Virus record (IMG/VR): IMGVR_UViG_3300042563_001894
Reading direction: 5' to 3' (one strand)
Length of the DNA stretch: 64,000 nt
Source of the DNA: a virus
Taxonomy: Duplodnaviria > Heunggongvirae > Uroviricota > Caudoviricetes
This document shows positions 1-9,237 of the stretch, piece by piece. The position numbers and the translations under genes are program-made. The first letter of the stretch is position 1, and each line of letters opens with the position of its first letter. The notes under the pieces were generated by a model. It was not told where the DNA came from and ran no database searches. It worked only from the letters and a program-made list of their open reading frames with translations.

Positions 1-1201
1 TTGTTGTTTTGTCAACTCTTGATGATGTAGAGATTGTTATTGTATCACTATTAGAGATTGTTAATGAACTCCAAACATCACTAATATTTGATTGGTAAAC
101 ATAATCCGTTTGACATCCTGCGGCGGTATTAACAGATTGATTAACACTATTTGAAGTGCTTGTTAATAATACTTCATCACCATTTTTATATAATAATGTT
201 GAAGTGGTTAGTATTGATGTTCCACTATTAGGTGATGAATAGAAATTATTGTTATGTATTAAATCAAAAGTTATTGTTGCTCCGTTAGGTAACGGTGGGT
301 TCACTACTACTGTTGTTTGATATGAATTTGCTAACGACACATTATTGTTAACCGGTTTTGTATTAGTTGTGTAAAGAGATATTGTATACGTTGTTGATGG
401 GATTTCAGTTTTTACTATTTCCGTACTTAAATGAACATTCCCAATTGAATCAAGAACTGCTAAAATATAAGTTCCACTACAAAGGTTTGTAAATATTGGA
501 GATGATGAATAGGTTACACCATTATCAATTGAATAACTGAAAGGTGGGTTATCTAAATCAACATTAAAAATAATACTACCGTCACATATACACGTAGGTT
601 GGTTTACACTTCTTCTAAAATTACCTTGTTGTATTACGGGACAATTACCTAAAGTTTGGGTAAAGTATACTGAAACCCCCCCAACACTCTGCCAATTACT
701 TGGTGGGTTTGATGTTGAGTTAGTTGGATATTTTGATGAGATAACATTACCTGTTCCCCCCGGTTGATAATTATTTATTACAAATCTAGCGGGGTTCAGA
801 GTTGCGTCCCAAGTGATTGTAATTGTTGAATTCAATTCATTATCCTTCCAAGAAGGGTATCCACCAACTAAACCATTTGGTATGAAAGTTTTATGTACAA
901 CAGTTCCTAAATAACTAGATTCAAATGATAAACAGAATGGATTATAAGTAATATTCACCGGTGGTAATAATGATAAATTGTTACCACAATACGTATTGTA
1001 AAGGAAAATTGAGTTTGGTGTGGTGTTAGTTTTTATTGTTACGCCCGCTTGTAATAAAGGTAATGATAAACCTGTTGCTGGGGCGGCAACAGGATAAAGT
1101 GTTGCAACGGTTCCAAAGACACTATCAAGATAAATTGTGTATGGTCCCGGTGATGACGTTGTCCCCGTTATTTTTATTGTGTAATATTTTTCTGTGCTCA
1201 T
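1..1201 (-). CDS. Partial (C-terminus beyond window) Thr/Ser/Asn-rich tail-fibre/adhesin-like protein; third paralog of the 751-aa and 728-aa proteins
   Basis: ATG on the minus strand at 1201..1199 (MSTEKYYTIKITGTTSSPGPYTIYLDSV...). Open to position 1 in the frame checked. Its N-terminus resembles SPGPFNIYLTDDYSS of the 1205..3460 protein. Absent from the ORF track only because no stop codon falls inside the window. Confidence 0.55.
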   Translation of the reverse strand, partial: MSTEKYYTIKITGTTSSPGPYTIYLDSVFGTVATLYPVAAPATGLSLPLLQAGVTIKTNTTPNSIFLYNTYCGNNLSLLPPVNITYNPFCLSFESSYLGTVVHKTFIPNGLVGGYPSWKDNELNSTITITWDATLNPARFVINNYQPGGTGNVISSKYPTNSTSNPPSNWQSVGGVSVYFTQTLGNCPVIQQGNFRRSVNQPTCICDGSIIFNVDLDNPPFSYSIDNGVTYSSSPIFTNLCSGTYILAVLDSIGNVHLSTEIVKTEIPSTTYTISLYTTNTKPVNNNVSLANSYQTTVVVNPPLPNGATITFDLIHNNNFYSSPNSGTSILTTSTLLYKNGDEVLLTSTSNSVNQSVNTAAGCQTDYVYQSNISDVWSSLTISNSDTITISTSSRVDKTT

Positions 1202-1204
1202 AAA

Positions 1205-3460
1205 TTATCCGATTATATATGTTGATGATGAATATGTAACATTTCCACCTGAATATCTGTATGCTAATACATCTGGCGGTGTTGGAACATAATTAATAAT
1301 TGGGGTTGCCCATATTTCAAAACTACTAGTATCGGCAGAATTAGGGTATAATGTTGTATATTGACATAATAATGTGTTGTTGTAGAAACCCCCTTGAAAA
1401 GACCCTTCAGAACCAAGATTATTAAAGTTACATACAGAACCGGATAATGATGGTATTATTGAAGGTGATGTTCCTGAATATGGGTATGTACTTGTTGACC
1501 AATCATTGGTAAATATTTTTTCTCCTATTGTTTGTGCTGAAAATGTGGTTGTGAGTGCTGTGATATAATATAAAAATTCAAATACGGGGGCATAATAGAT
1601 ACCATACCAACCAAAACTTGTATTGGCAGAAAAGTATTGATTAAATTGTGTATTCCCGGTTGAAGAATCGTTAACAACCGATAATACCCCACTAATACGT
1701 GATACACAATCGATATCACAAGTAGAAATGGTATATCCGCTTGTGATTGTATTTGCGGTTATATTAAAAAAGTAATTTCCGCCTGATGTTGTCCCGGTTA
1801 ATACCGTTGATGATGGGTGAATTAGTGCCGCGTTTGTACCACTTTGGTCACCACAAGCATGTGGGTGATTCGTTTTTGGAAAATACCAACCAAAATATCT
1901 ATAATACCCCAAATTTGTGTTATTAGGGTTATATCCTAATGAGTTTGAAAGGTTGATGGCGGCTATCCAAGAATCGTAAAATGTTGATATTACGGTTGAT
2001 GAACCGGTAATGCTAAACACTCCTCTATTGCTACCATCAGTTAAAAATGTTTTTTTGTAAGTTATATCATTTGGGTCTGTTTTACAACTAGTTAGGGCAC
2101 CTTGAGGATATTGAAAATCATAAGTACAAACTTTATTATTATAATAAAAATCGGCACTATCATATGGTAAATTACCATTTGTGTCTGCGTATCTAATATT
2201 GTTAAATGTACCTCCAAATTGTTGTTGTGATAAAATACGTTGAGCGTCTTGAAATAATGTACTAACACCATTCAGTTCGGTGGTATCGTAATACTTAAAA
2301 TAATCCTCACTAAATAAAGTATTTGAAGAACATCCGGACACTGTAAACTTTACGTTTATTTTACAATTATTTGTAATTCCTGTTATTGTTGAACCAATAA
2401 TTTTGTATGGGTTAGTATATGCACAACTATTACAATTAAAGTTATCTAAACACGTTATAAGTAAGTCCCAATCAGTATTTGCTTCTGCGGGGATTACATC
2501 AATAATTATTTCATCACCGGGATTTCTTGTTAATCCTGTTAAACAAGTTATTTTTGTAAAATAACTTGCGGTTGCGGCTGATTTAGAGATTAAAGATGGA
2601 GTATATGCGTTGGAACTATTTGTACCAATTACCCAATTTTCCAATCCAATATCATTAAGATAACTACTACCTCTAAATGATAATTTAATTGTATCCGGAT
2701 TCGCTTTACCTTGAAATTTCCAAGCAATAAAATTTGTGGTTGGAGACAACACATATGTTGATGAAACTGGTTGAGGTATTCCTTGACTTTGTGAACTAAA
2801 TGTAATGTTATGATTATAACCGCTAGCCCAATATTCAGTTTTTGTGTTAGTTTGATTAAAACAAGTTAATGGTTGTATTGTTGTTGTTGGAAGACAATTA
2901 CCATCAAACAATATACTATTGGTCCCACCTGTGTTTGAAAAAGTTAACCCACTTACAATTACTTTTTGAATAATAGGGGTGTAAATACCTTCGGGTAAAG
3001 GTATAGAAGATATGCCCAAAAATGGGTGGGGAATATCGTATTGTCCTGAAAAAACTGAACCAAATCCGGTTCTTTTTTGTAATGTTGTTGTATCGTTTGG
3101 ACCATACCAATGAATAACATAGTCCGTAATATTTTGACAAGACCCTGTTAAAAAACCACAAGACAATCTTGTTATTGTTGTTGCAGAATAGTTAGATAAT
3201 CCTAAATTACAAGTTTGACATATGTTGTTATCTCTAACAGGTATTGTAAAACAATAAAGTAAGTTAACATCTTTTAAGTAAAGGGTGGTTGTTCCGGTAG
3301 GAATATTACTAAAAATAAATGGACATCCAATTGTAAGTTGATTTTTTGTTACAGAACTAAAGGGTGTTGAACTATAATCATCGGTTAAATAGATGTTAAA
3401 TGGTCCCGGTGAAACGAAACTTGATGTTAGACAGGTTGCTGCTGAAAATGTTGTTGGCAT
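1205..3460 (-). CDS. Large T/S/N/G-rich structural protein (tail fibre/receptor-binding-like), paralog of 5649..7835
   Basis: 751-aa ORF. Shares an N-terminal module and an internal CNxCAY...PYKI...SSITG block with the 728-aa protein. Low-complexity beta-rich composition typical of fibres. Confidence 0.6.
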   Translation of the reverse strand: MPTTFSAATCLTSSFVSPGPFNIYLTDDYSSTPFSSVTKNQLTIGCPFIFSNIPTGTTTLYLKDVNLLYCFTIPVRDNNICQTCNLGLSNYSATTITRLSCGFLTGSCQNITDYVIHWYGPNDTTTLQKRTGFGSVFSGQYDIPHPFLGISSIPLPEGIYTPIIQKVIVSGLTFSNTGGTNSILFDGNCLPTTTIQPLTCFNQTNTKTEYWASGYNHNITFSSQSQGIPQPVSSTYVLSPTTNFIAWKFQGKANPDTIKLSFRGSSYLNDIGLENWVIGTNSSNAYTPSLISKSAATASYFTKITCLTGLTRNPGDEIIIDVIPAEANTDWDLLITCLDNFNCNSCAYTNPYKIIGSTITGITNNCKINVKFTVSGCSSNTLFSEDYFKYYDTTELNGVSTLFQDAQRILSQQQFGGTFNNIRYADTNGNLPYDSADFYYNNKVCTYDFQYPQGALTSCKTDPNDITYKKTFLTDGSNRGVFSITGSSTVISTFYDSWIAAINLSNSLGYNPNNTNLGYYRYFGWYFPKTNHPHACGDQSGTNAALIHPSSTVLTGTTSGGNYFFNITANTITSGYTISTCDIDCVSRISGVLSVVNDSSTGNTQFNQYFSANTSFGWYGIYYAPVFEFLYYITALTTTFSAQTIGEKIFTNDWSTSTYPYSGTSPSIIPSLSGSVCNFNNLGSEGSFQGGFYNNTLLCQYTTLYPNSADTSSFEIWATPIINYVPTPPDVLAYRYSGGNVTYSSSTYIIG

Positions 3461-3467
3461 ATATGTT

Positions 3468-4130
3468 TTAAGTTATATCAAATGTGTATCCGGACATTAC
3501 CGTAGGAAGACATTCTTCCACAAAAGTTTCTTCTATACTAGCACCAAACGTGCAAATTTTTGGTGTGAATATTTCACAAACTGTTGTTGCCGTGTAATCA
3601 CCATAAAAATCAACCGTAGTTGCGGTGTATGAACCATTTCCAACCATTTCAAGTGCTGGTGAGACATTTCCGTTATTCAACCAAGTGACGGTATATGGGG
3701 CGGTTCCTCCCGATATTGATACCGAGACTTCGCCATCTTCGAGACCCCAAACTGATGGTGGAGAACTTTCACATACTACACTCATTGGTAAAATTGTTAC
3801 AATTCCACATTCGTTTTGATATCCTATGATTGTAGGGGGTACAACAACGGGTGGTGTATAACAAGGAAATAAAATAATACATTGATTACAACTATATGAA
3901 ATAAATATTGGAGGAGTTGAGGATACGTTTTTTAATGGTATAGGCGGGTTTGTGATAACGGTGTTTGAACTACCACTATATGTTACGCATCCTGAGTATG
4001 AACCAATAACAAGTCCGTATGTTGTTCCAACAGTATCTGTGAAACCATTCCAAGGCACAAACGGGTTAGAGTTATTTGGAACCCCAAAAACCTTTGTTCT
4101 ATCACAGCAAGAAGTAAAGTAATATATCAT
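3468..4130 (-). CDS. Structural protein with SprB-type repeat
   Basis: 220 aa, Cys-rich, contains SISGGTAPYTVTWLNNG (the GGxxPYxYxW SprB-repeat signature of Bacteroidetes gliding adhesins). 7 nt from the upstream gene. Confidence 0.55.
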   Translation of the reverse strand: MIYYFTSCCDRTKVFGVPNNSNPFVPWNGFTDTVGTTYGLVIGSYSGCVTYSGSSNTVITNPPIPLKNVSSTPPIFISYSCNQCIILFPCYTPPVVVPPTIIGYQNECGIVTILPMSVVCESSPPSVWGLEDGEVSVSISGGTAPYTVTWLNNGNVSPALEMVGNGSYTATTVDFYGDYTATTVCEIFTPKICTFGASIEETFVEECLPTVMSGYTFDIT

Positions 4131-4218
4131 TATACAAGTTTTATTTTACTATAAATAATCTAAAGTTTGATTTTATTAAAATATAATTGACATTTGTTGT
4201 TAATAAATGGTGAGGTAG

Positions 4219-4416
4219 TTGATATTTATAGATATGAAACTTATAGACACAATATCAAATGTTGTTACTGAGGCTAAAAATGTCTACGAAACGGCTTGTG
4301 ACAAAGGTGTTCCTGAGAAGGAACTTGATAGATTAGAAAAAAATTACTACGAATCCTTAAAACTTCTAAGGATATATGAAAATTTAGGTAAGAGAGAAAA
4401 TAAACCTATTGATTAA
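4219..4416 (+). CDS. Hypothetical small protein on the opposite strand inside the structural cassette
   Basis: 65-aa ORF filling a 280-bp gap. K/E-rich like other phage early proteins. No recognisable motif. Confidence 0.3.
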   Translation: MIFIDMKLIDTISNVVTEAKNVYETACDKGVPEKELDRLEKNYYESLKLLRIYENLGKRENKPID

Positions 4417-5051
4417 TAAATTTTAGTAAGTGTAAAATTTCTTGAAAATATTTGATTTCCCGCATTAGTGGTATTCCATTGGACATTCACCGATAATGTG
4501 TTGATTATTGTGGTGTCAAATGTCGTATTATTAATCTCACTTAATGGATATCCTTCATAGGTAAGTCCAGAATCTTTAAGGTAGGAGAATAGTCCACCGG
4601 ATGATATTGAAGCAACGGTGGTTCCCCCGATTTGTCTTATCGTGAAATATAGTGTTAATAACCAAGGCTTTGAGGTTGAGGTATCCAAATCTATTACTCC
4701 TGTATCAATGAGTAATGTCCCACCAGTTGTTCTAACGTGAACGTGGATTGTTGCGGTGTTAATGCAAGACAAAACGCCATCGAATGATGCTTGAAACGAA
4801 TCACCAACTCTGAAACTATTTGCAGGAACAGACAAAGTCCCAACACCCGGTCCTATTACACTAGTCTCGACAGTGGTTGCGGATACCGTAGCGCTATCAC
4901 CTGTTTGGGCAAATAAACCATATGCCAACGGAAACGGTGTTAATGTTGATTGTTTTATTTTATATGTTGTTCCCGAAAGTTCAACAGCATATTCTGCATT
5001 TGAGGTTGTAGCGGTTAATTCGGGTAATCCTGATATTGGTAAATCTGGCAT
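4413..5051 (-). CDS. Hypothetical structural protein (T/S/G-rich)
   Basis: 212-aa ORF. Preceded by the 21-nt intergenic ACTATTTATAAATAAAAAGAT, one copy of the recurrent A/T motif. Confidence 0.5.
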   Translation of the reverse strand: MPDLPISGLPELTATTSNAEYAVELSGTTYKIKQSTLTPFPLAYGLFAQTGDSATVSATTVETSVIGPGVGTLSVPANSFRVGDSFQASFDGVLSCINTATIHVHVRTTGGTLLIDTGVIDLDTSTSKPWLLTLYFTIRQIGGTTVASISSGGLFSYLKDSGLTYEGYPLSEINNTTFDTTIINTLSVNVQWNTTNAGNQIFSRNFTLTKIY

Positions 5052-5072
5052 ATCTTTTTATTTATAAATAGT

Positions 5073-5645
5073 TTATGTTATAATAATTTTTGACCCATTG
5101 GCTTGTAAAATGTAAAACCCGTTGGCTTGTTCTAAATAATATATTGGAGTCGGTGTAGGTGTTTGTGTGTGGGTTGGAGTTATAGTTGGTGTCGGTGTTG
5201 GAGTAAGAGTGTTTGTTGGGGTTTGTGTGTGGGTTGGAGTTATAGTTGGTGTCGGTGTTGGAGTAAGAGTGTTTGTTGGGGTTTGTGTGTGGGTTGGAGT
5301 TATAGTTGGTGTCGGTGTTGGAGTAAGAGTGTTTGTTGGAGTTATAGTTGGTGTCGGTGTTGGAGTAAGAGTGTTTGTTGGGGTTTGAGTCATTGTTGGG
5401 GTTGGCGTTGGGTATAAAGAGTTACAATTAATAATATTAAATCGTTCACACCCATCCGAGGTTATAATTTTAATACCGACAGCGGGTGCCATATCAAATG
5501 GAATTGGTAATACAATTTCTACAGATGCTGGTACAGGTGTGTTAATTTGAACAATATATCCACAATTATTCCCATAGACATCACATACGTAAACATCGTA
5601 TGGGTAAGTTAACCCTGTGATACTATTTAGGATTATTGATGTCAT
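5073..5645 (-). CDS. Fibre-associated protein: N-terminal anchor module plus long PT-linker
   Basis: 190 aa. The N-terminus ([24 protein letters not shown]...[11 protein letters not shown]) resembles the 80-aa protein at 8929..9171. The C-terminal half is a ([11 protein letters not shown][NH]T[LQ])n repeat encoded by a perfect 60-bp tandem repeat. Confidence 0.6.
   Translation of the reverse strand: MTSIILNSITGLTYPYDVYVCDVYGNNCGYIVQINTPVPASVEIVLPIPFDMAPAVGIKIITSDGCERFNIINCNSLYPTPTPTMTQTPTNTLTPTPTPTITPTNTLTPTPTPTITPTHTQTPTNTLTPTPTPTITPTHTQTPTNTLTPTPTPTITPTHTQTPTPTPIYYLEQANGFYILQANGSKIIIT
5150..5390. repeat. Perfect 60-bp tandem repeat (3 full copies plus a partial one) encoding a PT-linker
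   Basis: Rows 5161, 5221 and 5281 are identical for 58-60 nt; a fourth partial copy spans 5341..5385. Confidence 0.9.
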
Positions 5646-5648
5646 AAA

Positions 5649-7835
5649 TTAATATGTGTATAATGGGTTTGTAGGTAATTGGAGAACACCATTAATTACC
5701 GTTGCAACTGTATCGTATGTCAAACTATACACTCCATTAATAATTGGTCTTGCCAAAATTTGATATGATTCGACATTAAGAGGGTCTGTTAATTTTATGT
5801 CATAATAATACATGAACATTTGTCTGGCACCCCAACTAACATTTGTCCCTGCTGATGTATAATTATTACACGTTGATGCTGATAATGTGGGGATTGGTGT
5901 ATAAGGTAATGTATTACCTGAAAACGGCATTGTTGTGTTTAACCAATCACTATACATAAAATATCCATAAGCGGTTGATGCTGAAGCAACTACGGGTGCG
6001 TTTTGGTAATAGACGAATACACGCCCAAAAGGGTCTAAGTATCTAGAACCGGTATTTGAAGTAAATGCTGTAACATTTGTTGTTCCGGTCGAACTATTAT
6101 TAATATCATTGATTGCACCATTGTGATATGATTGACAATTATCATCACAAATATTATATGGTGGCATACCATTTGTTATTGTTGGCATTGTTATCGTTAT
6201 AGTATAGTTTCCTGAGGTAAAACCGGTTGTTAATACACTAGAATAATGAAATTGATATCTTAATATATTAGTTCCATCCCCACATACTTGACTACCACTT
6301 CTTTCCGGTATTGATAATTCATACCATCTATAATAAGTTGTAAGGGAAGGTGTTGATGGTGTTCCTGAATATGGTAAAATACTTAGAAATGATGAATAGT
6401 ATGCGGAAAAATCACTTAAATTATTAAAACTCATTTGAACAAACCCTTGACCAAATGGACCAGTGTTAGATTTTTGAAATGATATTGTATTTGTATTTGC
6501 GGGTGATAAACAAGTAGGTGGCTCTATGTATTTTTGATACCCTCCCCCACAACTATTTGAGACCCACTTCAATGGACTCGTAGTATTTTGTAGTAGTTGT
6601 GTGGTATTGTCTGTTGATATATTATAATATTGTGTATTATTAACACTATATAAACCTGATGCTTGATATCGTGTAATATCATTAGTTTCTATTGAATTTG
6701 TTGTACATCCAGATACGTTAAAAGAAATACTGATTGATGAACAAGAACCTGTGGTTCCTGTGATAGATGATGCTTTTATTTTATATGGGGTGTTTAAATA
6801 ATCGTATGCACATATGTTACAGTTAAAAGTATTTTTACACGTAAAATAAAAATCCCAATTTGTTTGATTGTTATTTGGATTTGGGGTTACTTCTAATTTT
6901 ATATAATCACCTGTATTTCGAGTTAATGAGGTTAATGACGTTACTTTTGAAAAATAAGTAGGTGTTTTACCTGATTTTGGGAGAGTTAATAAGTCAATAT
7001 TGGTTTCTGTATTAATACCTACAACCCACTTTTCTAAAATAATTGGGTTATAACTATAGTGTGACCCATAATATGTTAATGTAAGAGTGTCAGGAACTGT
7101 AAAACCTGCAAATTTCCATGCAAAATAATTTGTGGTTGCGGCAGAAATTTCAAAAGTTGATGACATTATTAATGGTTGTACTCCCGCAGATGCTCCTGAA
7201 AACTGAACTCTATGTGTATAATCCCCGGATTCGGTACCATTATCACATCTATACGCTTGAACCACAACGGTTGTGGAGTTAAAACATTCTAAGTTTGCTT
7301 GAATAAATCCTGTTCCACCTGTTTGTGAGTAATTTAACCCGTTTAATTTTATTTTATCGATAATTGGTGTATAAGTCCCCGCGATTGTCATTGGTGAGGT
7401 TGCACCGGTTAATGGATGTGTATAATTGTATGGGATAAATTCTGTTCCATATCCTGATGTAAATACAGGTGTTGTAAAATCAGGACTTTTAAACCAATTT
7501 ATTCTATATTGAGCAATACTTGGTTGACAAGACCCTGTTAAATTTCCTGCAACTATTCTACTAATTAAACTTGTTGAATACGAATCAAAAGATAAATCAC
7601 ACGTCGTACATAAGTCATTACAAGTAAGAGGAACATCACAACAATAAAAGTTTGCTGATTTTAACTTTATTGTTGATGTCCCATCAGGTATTCCTGTTAA
7701 AACTAACGGACAATTTGTTATTTGGTTTAATGTAACTGCGGTAATAAACACATCACTAAAAGTGTAAATTGATATTGGTTCCGTTAAAGTTGTTGTTCCT
7801 GTATATGATAAACAAGTCGATGCTGAAAATGACAT
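5649..7835 (-). CDS. Large T/S/N-rich tail-fibre/adhesin-like protein, paralog of 1205..3460
   Basis: 728-aa ORF. Shared N-terminal module and the conserved block CNICAYDYLNTPYKIKASSITGTTGSC. An (AAAAT)5 microsatellite lies just upstream at 7837..7862. Confidence 0.6.
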   Translation of the reverse strand: MSFSASTCLSYTGTTTLTEPISIYTFSDVFITAVTLNQITNCPLVLTGIPDGTSTIKLKSANFYCCDVPLTCNDLCTTCDLSFDSYSTSLISRIVAGNLTGSCQPSIAQYRINWFKSPDFTTPVFTSGYGTEFIPYNYTHPLTGATSPMTIAGTYTPIIDKIKLNGLNYSQTGGTGFIQANLECFNSTTVVVQAYRCDNGTESGDYTHRVQFSGASAGVQPLIMSSTFEISAATTNYFAWKFAGFTVPDTLTLTYYGSHYSYNPIILEKWVVGINTETNIDLLTLPKSGKTPTYFSKVTSLTSLTRNTGDYIKLEVTPNPNNNQTNWDFYFTCKNTFNCNICAYDYLNTPYKIKASSITGTTGSCSSISISFNVSGCTTNSIETNDITRYQASGLYSVNNTQYYNISTDNTTQLLQNTTSPLKWVSNSCGGGYQKYIEPPTCLSPANTNTISFQKSNTGPFGQGFVQMSFNNLSDFSAYYSSFLSILPYSGTPSTPSLTTYYRWYELSIPERSGSQVCGDGTNILRYQFHYSSVLTTGFTSGNYTITITMPTITNGMPPYNICDDNCQSYHNGAINDINNSSTGTTNVTAFTSNTGSRYLDPFGRVFVYYQNAPVVASASTAYGYFMYSDWLNTTMPFSGNTLPYTPIPTLSASTCNNYTSAGTNVSWGARQMFMYYYDIKLTDPLNVESYQILARPIINGVYSLTYDTVATVINGVLQLPTNPLYTY

Positions 7836-7865
7836 ATTATTTTATTTTATTTTATTTTATTACTA

Positions 7866-8927
7866 TTAACTAAGACACACAGTATTTGAAAATGAATACC
7901 CTGACATACCACTATCTAAACAAACAATTGGTAATGTTGATGTTGGAGTATTAGTTGGTGTTGGTGTGTGTGTTTGTGTTGGCGTTTGTGTTGGTGTCAT
8001 TGTCATTGTTTGGGTAGGTGTCATTGTTGGAGTTCGTGTTGGTGTAGGTGTTGGCACAGTATCTGGTTGACAGTATATACAATCACCTTCTGTTGAAAGA
8101 CCATACGAAACCGGGTTTGTAATTTGAATTATGGAATCGTTTCCGTGATTATAATCATAACCATAATATGAGACACATTTTAATTCATTCACACCATTGT
8201 AATATACAAGTGCTAAATAAACCGAATATAACTCAAATTGAGTTCCCGTTGGAACACCAGTTATTTCGTTAGCGTAATAATATTGTTTATTATCAAAACA
8301 ATCTTGGAATTTTTGAGTGCCGGGACATATAATTTGTCCTTCTATTGTTGTAAAGATAGCCAATCCGGACGCGTCACAATTTCTAGCAATTAAGGATGAA
8401 TAGAAAGGTAATCGAGCTTTTCTATTATTTACGTAATACATTGTGGGTGTTACGGTAGGTGTTGGTGTTGGAGTTGGTGTGTAGGTATATCCACTAGCGT
8501 CAATACCAATAATTGAACAGAAATTAGTTGGTGATGGTGTTATTGTCGGAGTTGGAGTAACACTAGCGGTAGGTGTGGGTGTTTGTGTCTGAATAAAATC
8601 ACAATTAAACATTGCGGAAAAATCTAACACATCACAATTCTGTGTAGGTGTTGGGGTAGGTGTTAAACATATACCACTAAAAACATAAATACTTGATAAA
8701 TCAGGACATAGACTACTACAAGGTGATTTACCTGTCAAGTAACAAGGTCCTCCTAAAGTATCTGATAAACACCATTGACTAGTTGTTCCGGTTGAGTAAT
8801 AAATGGTCCAACCACTTGTTTGTCCTGACCAATAGGTGTCACCATTATAGGTTCCTCCTGTAATGTAATTATCGTCGGCACCTACTAATCCGGTATTGCT
8901 TATACAGTATGTTGAATTACAAGGCAT
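7866..8927 (-). CDS. Cys-rich structural protein with four PT-linker segments
   Basis: 353 aa with several TPTPTPT.. runs and many Cys. Likely a multi-domain fibre or adhesin. Confidence 0.55.
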   Translation of the reverse strand: MPCNSTYCISNTGLVGADDNYITGGTYNGDTYWSGQTSGWTIYYSTGTTSQWCLSDTLGGPCYLTGKSPCSSLCPDLSSIYVFSGICLTPTPTPTQNCDVLDFSAMFNCDFIQTQTPTPTASVTPTPTITPSPTNFCSIIGIDASGYTYTPTPTPTPTVTPTMYYVNNRKARLPFYSSLIARNCDASGLAIFTTIEGQIICPGTQKFQDCFDNKQYYYANEITGVPTGTQFELYSVYLALVYYNGVNELKCVSYYGYDYNHGNDSIIQITNPVSYGLSTEGDCIYCQPDTVPTPTPTRTPTMTPTQTMTMTPTQTPTQTHTPTPTNTPTSTLPIVCLDSGMSGYSFSNTVCLS

Positions 8928-8928
8928 A

Positions 8929-9171
8929 TTAAATTAAGATATTTGAGATTGATACGCAACCATTATTATCGACAACTTTTAAATTATATGATGGTTGATT
9001 TTCCATTATTGATGGGACCTGAAAATCGTATGGTAACGACAATGCGGGGATTGTATCAATATAAACGCAAGTGACGTTTGTTTGGTCACATAGATAGACA
9101 TTGAACGGTGTTGCTCCTGATATGTCGTTAATTAAAATATTCGTTGGCATTTGCTTAAAAGTTATTATCAT
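8929..9171 (-). CDS. Stand-alone copy of the N-terminal anchor module
   Basis: 80 aa (..FNVYLCDQTNVTCVYIDTIP...NNGCVSISNI) resembling the N-terminus of 5073..5645 and of the large fibre proteins. A TATATTT box abuts its ATG. Confidence 0.5.
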   Translation of the reverse strand: MIITFKQMPTNILINDISGATPFNVYLCDQTNVTCVYIDTIPALSLPYDFQVPSIMENQPSYNLKVVDNNGCVSISNILI

Positions 9172-9202
9172 AAATATAGGGGGATTAAAAAACTAATAAA
9201 GT

Positions 9203-9234
9203 TTTGATAATAATAATTTTATTCGTATCTTTGC
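9203..9234 (+). promoter_or_regulatory. Host-type promoter (TTTG-N20-TATCTTTG) immediately upstream of the primase ATG; near-leaderless
   Basis: TTTG at 9203..9206, TATCTTTG at 9227..9234, ATG at 9238. Matches the Bacteroidetes sigmaA -33/-7 consensus. Confidence 0.5.
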
Positions 9235-9237
9235 TGT

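Noticed and set aside
1525-3161. 64-aa and 81-aa minus-strand ORFs in alternative frames within the 751-aa gene
   Set aside because: They are fully nested in a longer same-strand ORF, so they are spurious.
5163-5417. Plus-strand ORFs of 84 aa and 73 aa made of W/C/G/V repeats
   Set aside because: They are the reverse-frame shadows of the 60-bp PT-linker repeat in the minus-strand gene 5073..5645, not independent genes.
7837-7862. (AAAAT)5 microsatellite upstream of the 728-aa fibre gene
   Set aside because: It is a short AT-rich spacer typical of this genome, possibly slippage-prone, but too short to assign a role.
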